Part shown: positions 51,175 through 61,108 of the stretch, one piece after another
Layout: every line of letters begins with the position of its first letter
Position numbering within the stretch: the first letter of the stretch is position 1
Assembly: GCA_963701295.1 (NCBI GenBank)
Contig: OY969585.1
Span: 384,001 to 448,000, forward strand
Length of the DNA: 64,000 nucleotides
Direction of reading: 5' to 3'
From: Ignavibacteriota bacterium
GTDB taxonomy: Bacteria > Bacteroidota > Ignavibacteria > UBA10030
Program-made: the position numbers and the translations under genes
Notes under the pieces: model-generated
What the model saw: the letters and a program-made list of their open reading frames with translations, nothing else
Told to the model about the DNA's origin: nothing
The model's database searches: none

Positions 51175-51630
51175 TCACTCCACCATTTCATCATCATCTA
51201 CAAAAACATGCCTGCTGTTTATCTCCGTCGCTGTAACGCCTTCGCGTTTGATGACAGGAATTTCAGGTTTCGGCTTATCCCAATCAAGGTCTCCCTTGAG
51301 CCATACATATGCATAGCCTACGAAGAGAATTACAAGGAAAACCGCCATTTCCAGAAATCCAAACATTCCAAACTGCCGATAGACGAGCGCCCATGGAAAG
51401 AGAACGGCCACCTCTACATCGAAAATCAGAAAGACAAGGGCAATAACATAGAAACGTACGTTCAGCCGAATCCAAGCGCTTCCAACAGGTTCTTCACCAC
51501 ATTCATACGTGGCATTTTTTTCAGGATATGGACGGCGAGGTCGAAAAATCCATGCGCCAAAGAGTCCAAGAACAACAAAGATGACGCCGAGGAAAAGAAA
51601 GATGAGGGCTTTACCAAATTCCGTTAACAT
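51175..51630 (-). CDS. nuoA: NADH-quinone oxidoreductase subunit A
   Basis: YECGEEP, RFYVIALVFLIFDVE, LFPWA, KGDLDW. Confidence 0.96.
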   Translation of the reverse strand: MLTEFGKALIFLFLGVIFVVLGLFGAWIFRPRRPYPEKNATYECGEEPVGSAWIRLNVRFYVIALVFLIFDVEVAVLFPWALVYRQFGMFGFLEMAVFLVILFVGYAYVWLKGDLDWDKPKPEIPVIKREGVTATEINSRHVFVDDDEMVE

Positions 51631-51680
51631 GAAGTGCTGCAGTACATTCCGATAATAAAATAAATGCTCAATGTGTAAGC

Positions 51681-51709
51681 AATATACCGGAAACTTGCAC
51701 GTGAGTCAA
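51681..51709 (-). promoter_or_regulatory. Sigma70-type promoter of the nuo operon
   Basis: TTGACT-17 bp-TATATT, about 50 nt upstream of the nuoA ATG. Confidence 0.65.
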
Positions 51710-51766
51710 GAAATTCAAAATATAATCTCAGTCATACAACTCTTATGGATCGAAGTATCAGTCAAC

Positions 51767-53689
51767 TTATTCATTCACTGAATCTAGAATTTCGCGCACA
51801 CGGAGAAGGACTTCTCTTCCATTATATGGTTTCGGGAGAAAATCTCTGGCTCCTGCCCGAAGAATTTCAGATTTCCGATCGGGATCAACTAAGCCGCTCG
51901 TCATGATAACTTTCACCGTCGGCTGTATTTCTTTCATTTTCCGGAGCATGCCTAATCCATCGAGTTTCGGCATGCCGAGATCAGAAATAACAAGTGCAAT
52001 TTGTTCTTGATGCTTCTTGAACAACTCCACTCCTTCACAGCCGTCGGAAGCTTGCAGTATACTGTACCCTTTTTCTTCTAAAAGGGCTTTGAGATATGCA
52101 CAGAGAGTAGATTCATCTTCCACAACCAAGATAGTCTCATCTCCGCCGTTGATCTTGATAAATTCTTCCTTTACGCGCGGAACCGGCTTTGCAGAAGCTG
52201 CCAGCGGAAGAAACACATGCATTGTTGTCCCTTGATCAACTGCAGAATCGACATCGACAAACCCATGGTAACTTTCAAGAATTCCATAGACGACAGAAAG
52301 ACCAAGTCCCGCTCCACTCCCCTTTTCTTTGGTCGTAAAGAATGGATCGAATACTCTCGTTTTTGTTTTTTCATCCATTCCTCTCCCAGTATCTGAAACA
52401 GCAATATGTACGTAATCGTTGGCTTGTGCATTTGGATTCTGCTGCTGAAGTTTTTTACCGCTTATACGTTTTGTTGTAAACCGCAGTGTTCCGCCTTCAG
52501 GCATCGCATCCCGCGCATTCATAGCAATGCTCAGGAGTGCTTGATGTAACTGACCGCGATTTGCGTTTATTGAAAAGACCGCTTTGCTAAAATCTGGGAC
52601 AATTTCAATGGTTTTTGGAAATGTTGCCTGAAGAAGTGAAACAATTTCTTTCATAATGAGATTCACATCGACCTGTTCATTTTTTACTTCTGTTTTTCCG
52701 GAAAGTGTCACAAGCTGCCGAACAAGTGCTACTCCGCGAGCAGAAGCATCGAGGATCGTCTTCATATCATTCTTCAGTTTATCAGGATCACCTATATGAC
52801 GTTCGGTCATGGAAGCATATCCTGAGATGATATTAAAGATGTTATTGAAATCATGTGCGACACCGCCAGCGAGCGTACTCACACTTTCCATTTTCTGTGA
52901 TCGTCGAACCTGCTGTTCCAGCTTTTTCTGATTTGTCATATCCAACGCAATGCCGAGAGAAGCAGGGGCGCCTTCAAAATGAATTGAGCTTACAGTAAAA
53001 TCCAACCATCGTTCTGTTCCATCTTTCGTGAGGATCTTGAATTCGTATCGAGACGGCACACTCTCACCCCTCTGTTGAGCTGATCTTCGCTGCTGAATCA
53101 TCTCTATATGATCCGGATGCGTCAACTCCCAAATTGTTTTATGCAGCAGCTCGTCGTTTGTATATCCGGTAAGCTGTTCTGCGGCTGAGTTGACATAAAC
53201 AAATTTTTCACCATAATAAATAAAAATTGCGGCGGTGCTGGTTTCTGCAAGTGAACGGAATCGTGCTTCACTTTGCTTCTGGGCTTCTTCTGCCTGCAAG
53301 CGCGCTTCACGCTCATGTCTTTGGTTTACAACAGAAAGAATAGCCGGCACCAATCGAATGCTATTCGTCTTCAGGAGAAATTCCGACGCACCTTCCTTCA
53401 TGCACTCAACGGCTTTCTCTTCCCCTACTGATCCCGTGTAAATGATTGTCGGCGTATCGGGTGACATTTCTTTTGAGAGCCGAAGCGCTTCTATTCCCGT
53501 GATATCCGGGATAGTGTAATCAATCACAATACAATCGAACTTTGATAACTCAAGTTCGCGAATGTATGTTTCTCTGTTACGAGCTTCCTTAACGACAATC
53601 TCAACTGGAGCAGATTGCACTTTACGCGTGAAAAGCCGTATAGACGACGGATCATCTTCAAGCAAGAGAATGGATAGTACGGTAGACAC
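51767..53689 (-). CDS. Cytoplasmic hybrid histidine kinase (REC-PAS-HisKA-HATPase-REC)
   Basis: N-terminal REC, PAS (HPD..., YEFKI), AGGVAHDFNN, NARDAM, DTGRGM, FFTTK, GAGLGL, C-terminal REC; no TM segment. Confidence 0.93.
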   Translation of the reverse strand: MSTVLSILLLEDDPSSIRLFTRKVQSAPVEIVVKEARNRETYIRELELSKFDCIVIDYTIPDITGIEALRLSKEMSPDTPTIIYTGSVGEEKAVECMKEGASEFLLKTNSIRLVPAILSVVNQRHEREARLQAEEAQKQSEARFRSLAETSTAAIFIYYGEKFVYVNSAAEQLTGYTNDELLHKTIWELTHPDHIEMIQQRRSAQQRGESVPSRYEFKILTKDGTERWLDFTVSSIHFEGAPASLGIALDMTNQKKLEQQVRRSQKMESVSTLAGGVAHDFNNIFNIISGYASMTERHIGDPDKLKNDMKTILDASARGVALVRQLVTLSGKTEVKNEQVDVNLIMKEIVSLLQATFPKTIEIVPDFSKAVFSINANRGQLHQALLSIAMNARDAMPEGGTLRFTTKRISGKKLQQQNPNAQANDYVHIAVSDTGRGMDEKTKTRVFDPFFTTKEKGSGAGLGLSVVYGILESYHGFVDVDSAVDQGTTMHVFLPLAASAKPVPRVKEEFIKINGGDETILVVEDESTLCAYLKALLEEKGYSILQASDGCEGVELFKKHQEQIALVISDLGMPKLDGLGMLRKMKEIQPTVKVIMTSGLVDPDRKSEILRAGARDFLPKPYNGREVLLRVREILDSVNE

Positions 53690-53821
53690 AGCGACGGCCC
53701 CTTATGATTATCTAATTATTGCGCCATGGAATAATACAAAATAATGGGAAAGAATCAGAAAGAATGTATGAGAAGTCAAATAGAAAAGCAACATCAAAAC
53801 GACGCGCGACAAACTTTTCTT

Positions 53822-54391
53822 TCATCGTCCATCAAGATTCACTTTAGTACCCTCGTTCCACGTCGTCTCGTCTGTCCCTGCACGAATATTTGTATATCGG
53901 GCAAGGACAAATAGCAGATCGGCTAAACGGTTCAGATATACCAGTGGGATTTTTCCTATGTCCTCTTTTCTTCCTAATGCGTCTACCAGCCGTTCTGCAC
54001 GGCGGCAGATCGTGCGAGCAACGTGTATCTGCGCACCTACAAGCTGACCCCCCGGAAGAATGAATAATTGCAATGGCTTTAGTTGTATGTCTATCTGATC
54101 AATGATTTTTTCCAGATTATGGATGTGATCTTGCTGAATACGCTGTATTTTCGAAGACACAGTGTCCTTAGGAGTTGCAAGATCAGCACCAAGGACAAAT
54201 AATTGATTCTGAAGTTGTTCAAGAATGCTCTCAACTTCGGCTGGAGGCTTGAGAGCACGGACAACGCCAAGATGTGCATTCAATTCATCCACCGTACCAT
54301 ACGCATCGATACGGAGAGTACTTTTGGGGAGACGTCTACCGCCAAAAAGGGATGTATCCCCATTGTCGCCGGTTTTCGTATAAATTTTCAT
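53822..54391 (-). CDS. ATP:cob(I)alamin adenosyltransferase, PduO type
   Basis: MKIYTKTGDNG, YGTVDELN, FILPGG, ARTICRRAER, YLNRLADLLF. Confidence 0.95.
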   Translation of the reverse strand: MKIYTKTGDNGDTSLFGGRRLPKSTLRIDAYGTVDELNAHLGVVRALKPPAEVESILEQLQNQLFVLGADLATPKDTVSSKIQRIQQDHIHNLEKIIDQIDIQLKPLQLFILPGGQLVGAQIHVARTICRRAERLVDALGRKEDIGKIPLVYLNRLADLLFVLARYTNIRAGTDETTWNEGTKVNLDGR

Positions 54392-54521
54392 GAATGACCT
54401 TCGTTACCTCAACATCCTTTTTCCATAATACAAAATGTTACTATAAGAAAAAAGGCTTGCAGGCAGCCAACCGGAATGTTCCTCACCCTCACATCCGGTA
54501 GATTTATTCTTCCTTTCTGAT

Positions 54522-56289
54522 TTACTGCTGTAATAATTTGAATCTATAGAATTCTCCTTTGGCTTTCATCAACTGACGATGAGTACCGGATTCCACACAA
54601 GTTCCATGGTTCATCACTACAATCCGGTCGGCATTTCGGATCGTCGATAGGCGGTGCGCAACGATAAACGTCGTTCGCCCTTTCACAAGTCGTTGTATTG
54701 CCTGCTGAATGAGAGCTTCCGTCGCCACATCAAGTGCGGAAGTTGCTTCATCCAATACTATTATTCTGGGATCCCTTATCAGCGCTCGTGCAATGGCAAT
54801 GCGCTGTCGCTGACCACCTGAAAGCCGTGCGCCCCTTTCACCGAGTTTCGTATCAAGTCCTTGAGGTAATTTTTTAATGAAGTCTGCCGCATTGGCAATT
54901 TTCAGAATCTTCCAGATCTGGCAATCGTTTACCTCCTTGAGACCATACATAATGTTTTCACGAACAGATCCACTGAATAAAAGAGTCGTTTGCGGTACAA
55001 CTGCTAAGAACCGTCGATACTGACGTAAATCCAATTCCTGCATATCTGTACCATCAAGAAGTATTCGTCCCACCGTCGGCCTTCTGAAACCGATGACAAG
55101 ACTCATTAAGGTTGATTTCCCCGAACCAGATTCGCCGACAATGGCAATAGTTTCGCCAGTTTTTACTTTCAAAGAAAAATTCTCAATTGCCGGATGTTGA
55201 GCTTTCTCATACGTGTAACTGATATGTTCGAACACAAATTGTCCCTTCACCGATGAGACCGCATGTTTTCCCTCATTCTCTTCTATGTCCGGTGATTCAA
55301 GGATTTCGCCGATTGATCGAATGGATTCAAATCCTCGGGCAAGCTCCGGATAGGAATTCAGAATCATATTCACTGCGCCGACGATCATAGCAAAGAAACT
55401 TTGGTATAATACCACATCCCCGATGTTGACCGTTTTATTATATGCTAGTATTGAAGTAAACATCAAACAGACGAGCATAACGATCTGAAACGATGTCCAT
55501 GAACTTGCTCCAAACAAAGCCCCGATGACTTCAAGGCGAATTCCTTTTTGTTTCACATGTTCAAGCTGGGAGTCTATTTTGGAGACCTCAAGATCTTCGA
55601 CACCATGAGCCCGCGTCATCGGAATCATTTGTATCATCTCTACCACACTCGCGGAAAGCGATTCGATTTCAGTACCGATATTCTTTGTTCCTCGCAGTCA
55701 TCTTTTTCGAAAATAAAAATACGAGGCTTGACGACACCGGAACCGAGACCAAATAGAAGAGTGCGACAACCGGCTGCTTCAGTACCGTTAATGAAAATGC
55801 AACAAGGATTGTCAGAACAGCCGGAAAAGCGGAATTCATAAGATTGCGCGAAAGAATTTCAAGAGTCTCAACATCACGGAGTACTTTTGTCTGAAGTTTT
55901 CCCGAGAGATACATATCGTGAAAAGAAATAGACAATTCCTGTAATCGCCTCACAATGGAAGATCTCAATTGCACCTGCATTGTGTTCAGCGCTTCGCTGA
56001 AGACCCGAACATACAGAGTATGCATGGGAATATTTTGAATAATGATAATGAAAAATATGATACCGACCAGCCATAGATCGTTCTTTGTGTACTGTGTAGT
56101 ATCACCAACAATGGTAATCATTCGTGCAATTACGATTGGGAGAATCCAGACAGGGGAATGTTTTATCGCGAATAGGATAATCGAAAGAATGATTTTTAGA
56201 TATTGACCATGATAGAGGTATAATATTTTTTTAAACGGACGTGCTTTGTGAAATTTAAACTCTAAGGGTGAAAAATTTTGTTCTGACAT
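54522..56289 (-). pseudogene. ABC exporter (fused TMD + ATPase) split by a 1-nt insertion (real or sequencing error)
   Basis: TMD in 55669-56289; GESGSGKST, LSGGQRQR and LDEATSALD in 54522-55646. Removing one base at 55675-55676 (GAA TAT CGG T ACT GAA ATC) gives a continuous EYRTEIESLSASVVEM. Confidence 0.88.
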
Positions 56290-56290
56290 T

Positions 56291-56440
56291 TCAGCTTTCA
56301 AATATTACAAGCAAAGAAACAGCTGCATCCCTTATAATCGGAGTCTTCATGAGAAAATCGATGATAAATAAGAATGGAATACGGCTTGAACAGAGATTGT
56401 TCATGACATTAGCTGCTTTTTCTTTTGTAAGTTCATCCAT
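56291..56440 (-). pseudogene. 5' fragment resembling aminodeoxychorismate synthase component I (PabB-like) N-terminus
   Basis: MDELTKEKAANVMNNLCSSRIPFLFIIDFLMKTPII resembles the MN.LG..R.PFLFIIDF start of Bacteroidota-type PabB (recalled, not searched); the frame stops after about 49 codons. Confidence 0.6.
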
Positions 56441-56537
56441 GAGAACAGTCAAGAGAGTACAAGAGACAGGGGATTCTCTGGTGTACATTGCAAACGAATG
56501 ATCACAAAGTACTCACTGAACGCTCACGATCATTCGT

Positions 56538-56575
56538 TTTCTGCCGTCTGTTATTTGCGTACTGTATGCTGCCCG
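56538..56575 (+). repeat. Degenerate heptamer tandem after the M20 peptidase stop
   Basis: CTGCCGT CTGTTAT TTGCGTA CTGTATG CTGCCCG. Confidence 0.5.
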
Positions 56576-56577
56576 AC

Positions 56578-57966
56578 TCACCTCTTTTTCCCACTCTTCC
56601 AAAATTGTGGCAACTCATTGTAATAGTGTGCCGTTGTTTTGATGCCGCCAAAAAAATTATCGAGATTGAGGAATTCATTCGGCGCATGAGCGTTCTCATC
56701 TGGCAGACCAAAGCCGAGCAGCACTGAATCAATACCAAGTAGTTTTTTAAAATCCACCACAATTGGAATAGAACCGCCTTCTCGTTGATATAACGGCCTC
56801 TTGCCAAAGCCTTTTTCCAGCGCCACTACTGCCGCTTGCACACCCGGACTATCCACCGGTGTAATAGCCGGCTCGCCGCCATGCAGATTGCGTACTTTCA
56901 TTTTCACCGTTTTAGGAGCAATGGCTTTCAGATGTTTCTCAAAAAGCTTCGCAATTTTTTCTGACGATTGATCCGGCACGAGTCTCATGGAAATTTTCGC
57001 GAACGCTTTCGATGGAAGCACCGTCTTTGCACCTTCGCCCGTATAACCGCCCCAGATGCCGTTGCATTCAAGTGTCGGCCGCGCCCAAAGCCGCTCAAGT
57101 GTCGTAAATCCTTTCTCACCGTAGAGATATTTTAGCCCAAGCGACTTTGCATACTTCTTGTCACTCCATGGAAGTTTCTTGAATGCCGCGCGTTCTACTT
57201 TTGTTAGGGGACGTACATCATCATACATCCCTTTTACGGTAATACGGCCGTTCTTATCATGCAGCGAGGCGATCATTTCCGTCAGTGCCTGAATCGGATT
57301 GTGCACTGAGCCGCCGAACGAACCGGAATGCAGATCGCCATTCGGCCCAGTCACTTCCACTTCCATATACGCAAGTCCGCGTAAAGCATACGTTACCGAC
57401 GGAACACCTTTAGCAAACATCCCAGAATCAGAAATCACAATCACATCGGCTTTGAGCAAGTCTTTATGTTCACTCACAAACTTCCCAAGATGCTCACTGC
57501 CAACTTCTTCTTCACCCTCAAAAATAATTTTTATATTCACCGGAAGTGTACCGCCATTTTTTAAATATGCTTCAATGGCTTTCAAGTGGATAAAAATCTG
57601 ACCCTTATCATCAGATGCACCGCGCGCGTAGAGATTCTCTCCACGGATGGTTGCCTCAAAAGGCGGAGTCGTCCACAAATCCACTGGATCTTCCGGCTGT
57701 ACATCGTAATGTCCATAAATAAGAATTGTCGGCAAGCCCGCCACGTCGAGCCAATCGGCATATACGACCGGATGGCCTTCCGTTTCCAAAACCTGTACGT
57801 TCTGCAAGCCGATATTTGTCATATGGTTTTTCAGCCACTCTGCAGCACGGCGCATGTCCGGTTTGCGCTCTGTCTGCGAGCTTACACTGGGAATAGCAAG
57901 GAGTTCTTTTAATTCTGAAAGATACCGCTCACGGTTAGATTCGATGAAAGATAAAATATTTTCCAT
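56578..57966 (-). CDS. M20 family dipeptidase
   Basis: YGHYDVQP, ARGASDDKGQ, EGEEEVGS, DLHSG, GGSIP, HAPNE. Confidence 0.95.
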   Translation of the reverse strand: MENILSFIESNRERYLSELKELLAIPSVSSQTERKPDMRRAAEWLKNHMTNIGLQNVQVLETEGHPVVYADWLDVAGLPTILIYGHYDVQPEDPVDLWTTPPFEATIRGENLYARGASDDKGQIFIHLKAIEAYLKNGGTLPVNIKIIFEGEEEVGSEHLGKFVSEHKDLLKADVIVISDSGMFAKGVPSVTYALRGLAYMEVEVTGPNGDLHSGSFGGSVHNPIQALTEMIASLHDKNGRITVKGMYDDVRPLTKVERAAFKKLPWSDKKYAKSLGLKYLYGEKGFTTLERLWARPTLECNGIWGGYTGEGAKTVLPSKAFAKISMRLVPDQSSEKIAKLFEKHLKAIAPKTVKMKVRNLHGGEPAITPVDSPGVQAAVVALEKGFGKRPLYQREGGSIPIVVDFKKLLGIDSVLLGFGLPDENAHAPNEFLNLDNFFGGIKTTAHYYNELPQFWKSGKKR

Positions 57967-58064
57967 GGTTCTATCCTTTTTATTGGGAATAAGAGAACAT
58001 ACTATGGATGAATGTACCTATCGGATAATGGAAAGGCAAGGAATACACATGAACTGGAAATATA

Positions 58065-58460
58065 TTAACCTCTCTCTTTATCCATCCCCACATCATTCAT
58101 GGAGCAATTGTTACCCATATGAGCACGAGAATCCCGCCTCAACCTTCGAGAATATTTTAGCCGCGAAGAAGAATATCCCACAACATTACTCTTGCATAAT
58201 GGAAGAAGAGCGACTTAAAATATATTGTCATTGCCAACTAGATGAAACCGAGCATCAACACTTGAACTGAAGATATAAACTGCCAGCGTTTTACAAAGAA
58301 CCAATTAAAAGAGTGAAGGGACTAATACCGAGGAACACAGATCTCTGATATGCAATTATTTCGTTAATGTACGGTTTATATAGAGAAGCTCGCGCAAGCA
58401 ACCGTTTAGCAGTGCTACCACAAGAAGTCTCAACTAATCAAATATATATTTCGAATTAGG
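58065..58460 (-). pseudogene. Decayed gene for a small (~130 aa) membrane protein
   Basis: Reconstructed across two frameshifts: KYIFD*LRLLVVALLNGCLRELLY/KPYINEIIAYQRSVFLGISPFTLL/WFFVKRWQFISSVQVLMLGFI*LAMTIYFKSLFFHYARVMLWDILLRG*NILEG*GGILVLIWVTIAP*. Confidence 0.65.
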
Positions 58461-58463
58461 ATT

Positions 58464-59291
58464 TCACGCTGATTGGCGAACCACAAGCTCAGGCTTAAAT
58501 ATGATCTTCTGTGGGTTGCGAAGAATTTCGTCTCTTTGGATCACTGCCATCTTATACGCGGCCTCTGCTATCTCCTTCAGAGGCTGTCTGATTGTAGTAA
58601 GCTTGGGAGTCGAAATTTGTGCGATGAGCAAGTCGTCAAAACCCACAATAGAAATATCCTCCGGAATGCGTACTTTCCGCTCCTTTGCTACAGCTATTAA
58701 ACCTAGTGCGCAGTTGTCACCTGCGGCACAAAAAATAGCATCGACACCAGCATCCAATAATTTCGGCATCACCTCGATACCATCCTCGCGAGAGTAATGG
58801 GGTACTTCGATCATGCAGCCTTGCGGTATGGAAATCCCTTTGGTTCTGAGCGCCTGTTGGAATCCTTTGAGCCTTTGCTCTGCATTGAAGCTGCCCTTTA
58901 ACTGAGTCCTGCCAGACACAATGGCAATCTTCTTTCTGCCCTTCGAAATCAAATACTCCCCTGCTATGCGTCCACCCAATTGGTTATCTGTGGCAATGGA
59001 AGATACGCCAGATTCCTCTTCGTCTATGAGCACGATAGGAATTTTCGCGGCAGTGTAGGCAGAAATAATGTCAGGATCAGGATCTATATCCATCGCAATT
59101 AAGGCAGTAGGTTTTACTTGTGTCAGCACCCTTTTGAGGTGGTCCTTCTGTATAGTAGTTTCGCCTGTCATAGACCTCAGAACTATCTCCTCTTGCTTAA
59201 ACAACTTCTTGAGATGATCACTTACCGCAATCAGAATCGATGATTGGAAGTTCGGCACCGCAAATACAACTTTCGTCTCTCGGTTTGCCAT
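58464..59291 (-). CDS. Stand-alone LacI/PurR-family ligand-binding domain (no HTH)
   Basis: IPIVLID, ATDNQLGG, RLKGF, DAIFC, IPEDISIVGFDD, LTTIRQP, PELVVRQS; 275 aa with no N-terminal HTH and no signal peptide. Confidence 0.88.
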   Translation of the reverse strand: MANRETKVVFAVPNFQSSILIAVSDHLKKLFKQEEIVLRSMTGETTIQKDHLKRVLTQVKPTALIAMDIDPDPDIISAYTAAKIPIVLIDEEESGVSSIATDNQLGGRIAGEYLISKGRKKIAIVSGRTQLKGSFNAEQRLKGFQQALRTKGISIPQGCMIEVPHYSREDGIEVMPKLLDAGVDAIFCAAGDNCALGLIAVAKERKVRIPEDISIVGFDDLLIAQISTPKLTTIRQPLKEIAEAAYKMAVIQRDEILRNPQKIIFKPELVVRQSA

Positions 59292-59338
59292 CTTGGGAAT
59301 CTCCTTTTGGACCTACTATGTATAATAAATTGAAGTAA

Positions 59339-59367
59339 ATTTTACATAAAAAGGACTCTAAAAGCAA
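59339..59367 (-). promoter_or_regulatory. Sigma70-type promoter of the LacI-like gene
   Basis: TTGCTT-17 bp-TAAAAT; SD AAGGAG at 59301-59306. Confidence 0.55.
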
Positions 59368-59405
59368 ACTATAATAAAAATTTAGGACATCGATTTAATC
59401 TCAAC

Positions 59406-61091
59406 CTATTTTCCCTTCACACCTAACAAATTGTCATATATCCTTTTATTTTTGATGATACTAATCGCTGTCTGCAATTGCTTATCTCGTGAAAATGTTG
59501 ATTCAAAACGGGCTTTATCACCTTTTATCCTTGCAAGAATTTCCGTTTTGAGTGTAGTCCGGATTTCCTCCTGAAAGCGATAAATCTGTCTGTCCTTATC
59601 TCCCTTGAGAATAGTTTGTAACTTCTCAATGCCATCCATGAACGATTTGTCGTACCGGGCATCAGTAGCAAGCACGCGCAACTCTTGCAGTTTCGCTTCT
59701 CCTTCTTCCTCGCATTCGAACCTTTTCTCCTTAAGAAAAGCCTCAAAGGCCTCGATCTGTTTGTTTGTCACCTCAAAGCTATCTGGAAATATTTTATTCT
59801 CGGCAGCATAGCGGTTTGCATACTTGAAGAACATTGCTTTTCTGTTAAGTTCATCAAGAAATATGCTATGGAGAGAATCCGTTACAATCGTATCGGGAAG
59901 AATTCCACCACTTTCCCAAACACGCCGATTATGAGCGGTACGAAATTCATGTCTCAAGCTGTCGGGCACGGTTGTTCCATTACCATCGCCATCTCGATGC
60001 CCGTAATCAATTTCTTGGATACACCGTCCACTTGGCGTGTAATACTTCGCTGTAGTCATTTTTAATGATGAATTTTCTGAAAGCGGCGTGATGGTCTGCA
60101 CTAATCCTTTACCGAATGTGCGCGTTCCTACAACAATACCACGATCCAAATCTTGTATCGCCCCGCAGACAATTTCGCTGGCGCTCGCACTAAATCGATT
60201 GACTAGTACCGTTAACGGCAAATCACGAAGCAGAGGAGCCTCCGAAGAAGTATAACTCCGCTCAGATGTAATCTTACGCCCGCGTGTTGAAACGACTAAA
60301 CTTTTTTCCGGCACAAATTTTGAGACAACATCAACCGCGCTTTCGAGTAATCCGCCAGGATTATCGCGCAGGTCAAGCACTAATCCTTTTAATTCCCCGT
60401 TTACCCGAAGATCTTTGATCGCATTACGTAGATCATCTCCCGCAGTCCGTGAGAATCGTTCTAACCGAATATAAGCTACACCATCCGAAACATATCCTGA
60501 ATAAGCAATATTTCGAACGAGAATCTCTTCACGCATCAATACAAAGTCGATCGGTTTCTTTTCACCTTCTCGTTCAATCTTCATTCTCAATTCTGTACCG
60601 GGAATGCCGCGCACAAGTTGACGAACAGCTTCCAGCGAACCTCCCTTCACTGATTTTCCTTCCACCTCGATGATTCGATCTCCGACTTCCATACCTTGTT
60701 TCGCCGCAGAGAAACCTTCGAGCAAATTTATGATTGTAATGTACCCGTCACGTTGACCGATGGTTACGCCGACACCGCCATATTTGCCTGTGGTAATAAG
60801 ATCAATTTCATCATTTTCTTTCTCGCCGATGAACACCGTGTACGGATCGAGCGTCTTGAGCATACCATCAATTCCGGCGCGCATCAATCCTTCTGGGTCG
60901 AGCGTATCAACATAGTTCACAGCGATTTCCTTATAAACCCTTCCGTACATATCGATACTGCGGTAGATTTTCAGAAAGAAATCGGCGTCGCCACTTTCGG
61001 AAAGGAAACCGAAAAAGAGAACTGCAAACGAACTAAGAAAGATTGTCGCTATAGTTGTTTTCTTTATTTTGCTCTTATGTGTTTGATTCAT
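59406..61091 (-). CDS. S41 family carboxy-terminal processing protease
   Basis: LDPYT, PDZ domain, LDLRDNPGGLL, SASASEI, GTRTFGKGLVQ, TTAKYYTPSGR. Confidence 0.94.
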   Translation of the reverse strand: MNQTHKSKIKKTTIATIFLSSFAVLFFGFLSESGDADFFLKIYRSIDMYGRVYKEIAVNYVDTLDPEGLMRAGIDGMLKTLDPYTVFIGEKENDEIDLITTGKYGGVGVTIGQRDGYITIINLLEGFSAAKQGMEVGDRIIEVEGKSVKGGSLEAVRQLVRGIPGTELRMKIEREGEKKPIDFVLMREEILVRNIAYSGYVSDGVAYIRLERFSRTAGDDLRNAIKDLRVNGELKGLVLDLRDNPGGLLESAVDVVSKFVPEKSLVVSTRGRKITSERSYTSSEAPLLRDLPLTVLVNRFSASASEIVCGAIQDLDRGIVVGTRTFGKGLVQTITPLSENSSLKMTTAKYYTPSGRCIQEIDYGHRDGDGNGTTVPDSLRHEFRTAHNRRVWESGGILPDTIVTDSLHSIFLDELNRKAMFFKYANRYAAENKIFPDSFEVTNKQIEAFEAFLKEKRFECEEEGEAKLQELRVLATDARYDKSFMDGIEKLQTILKGDKDRQIYRFQEEIRTTLKTEILARIKGDKARFESTFSRDKQLQTAISIIKNKRIYDNLLGVKGK

Positions 61092-61108
61092 AAAATTTTA
61101 TTCCATCC

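Noticed and set aside
58360-58395. Half of an attC-like palindrome (GTTAATGTACGGTTTATATAGAGAAG)
   Set aside because: The partner arm is missing, there is no integrase, and the sequence is explained as the RELLY-KPYIN part of the pseudogene.
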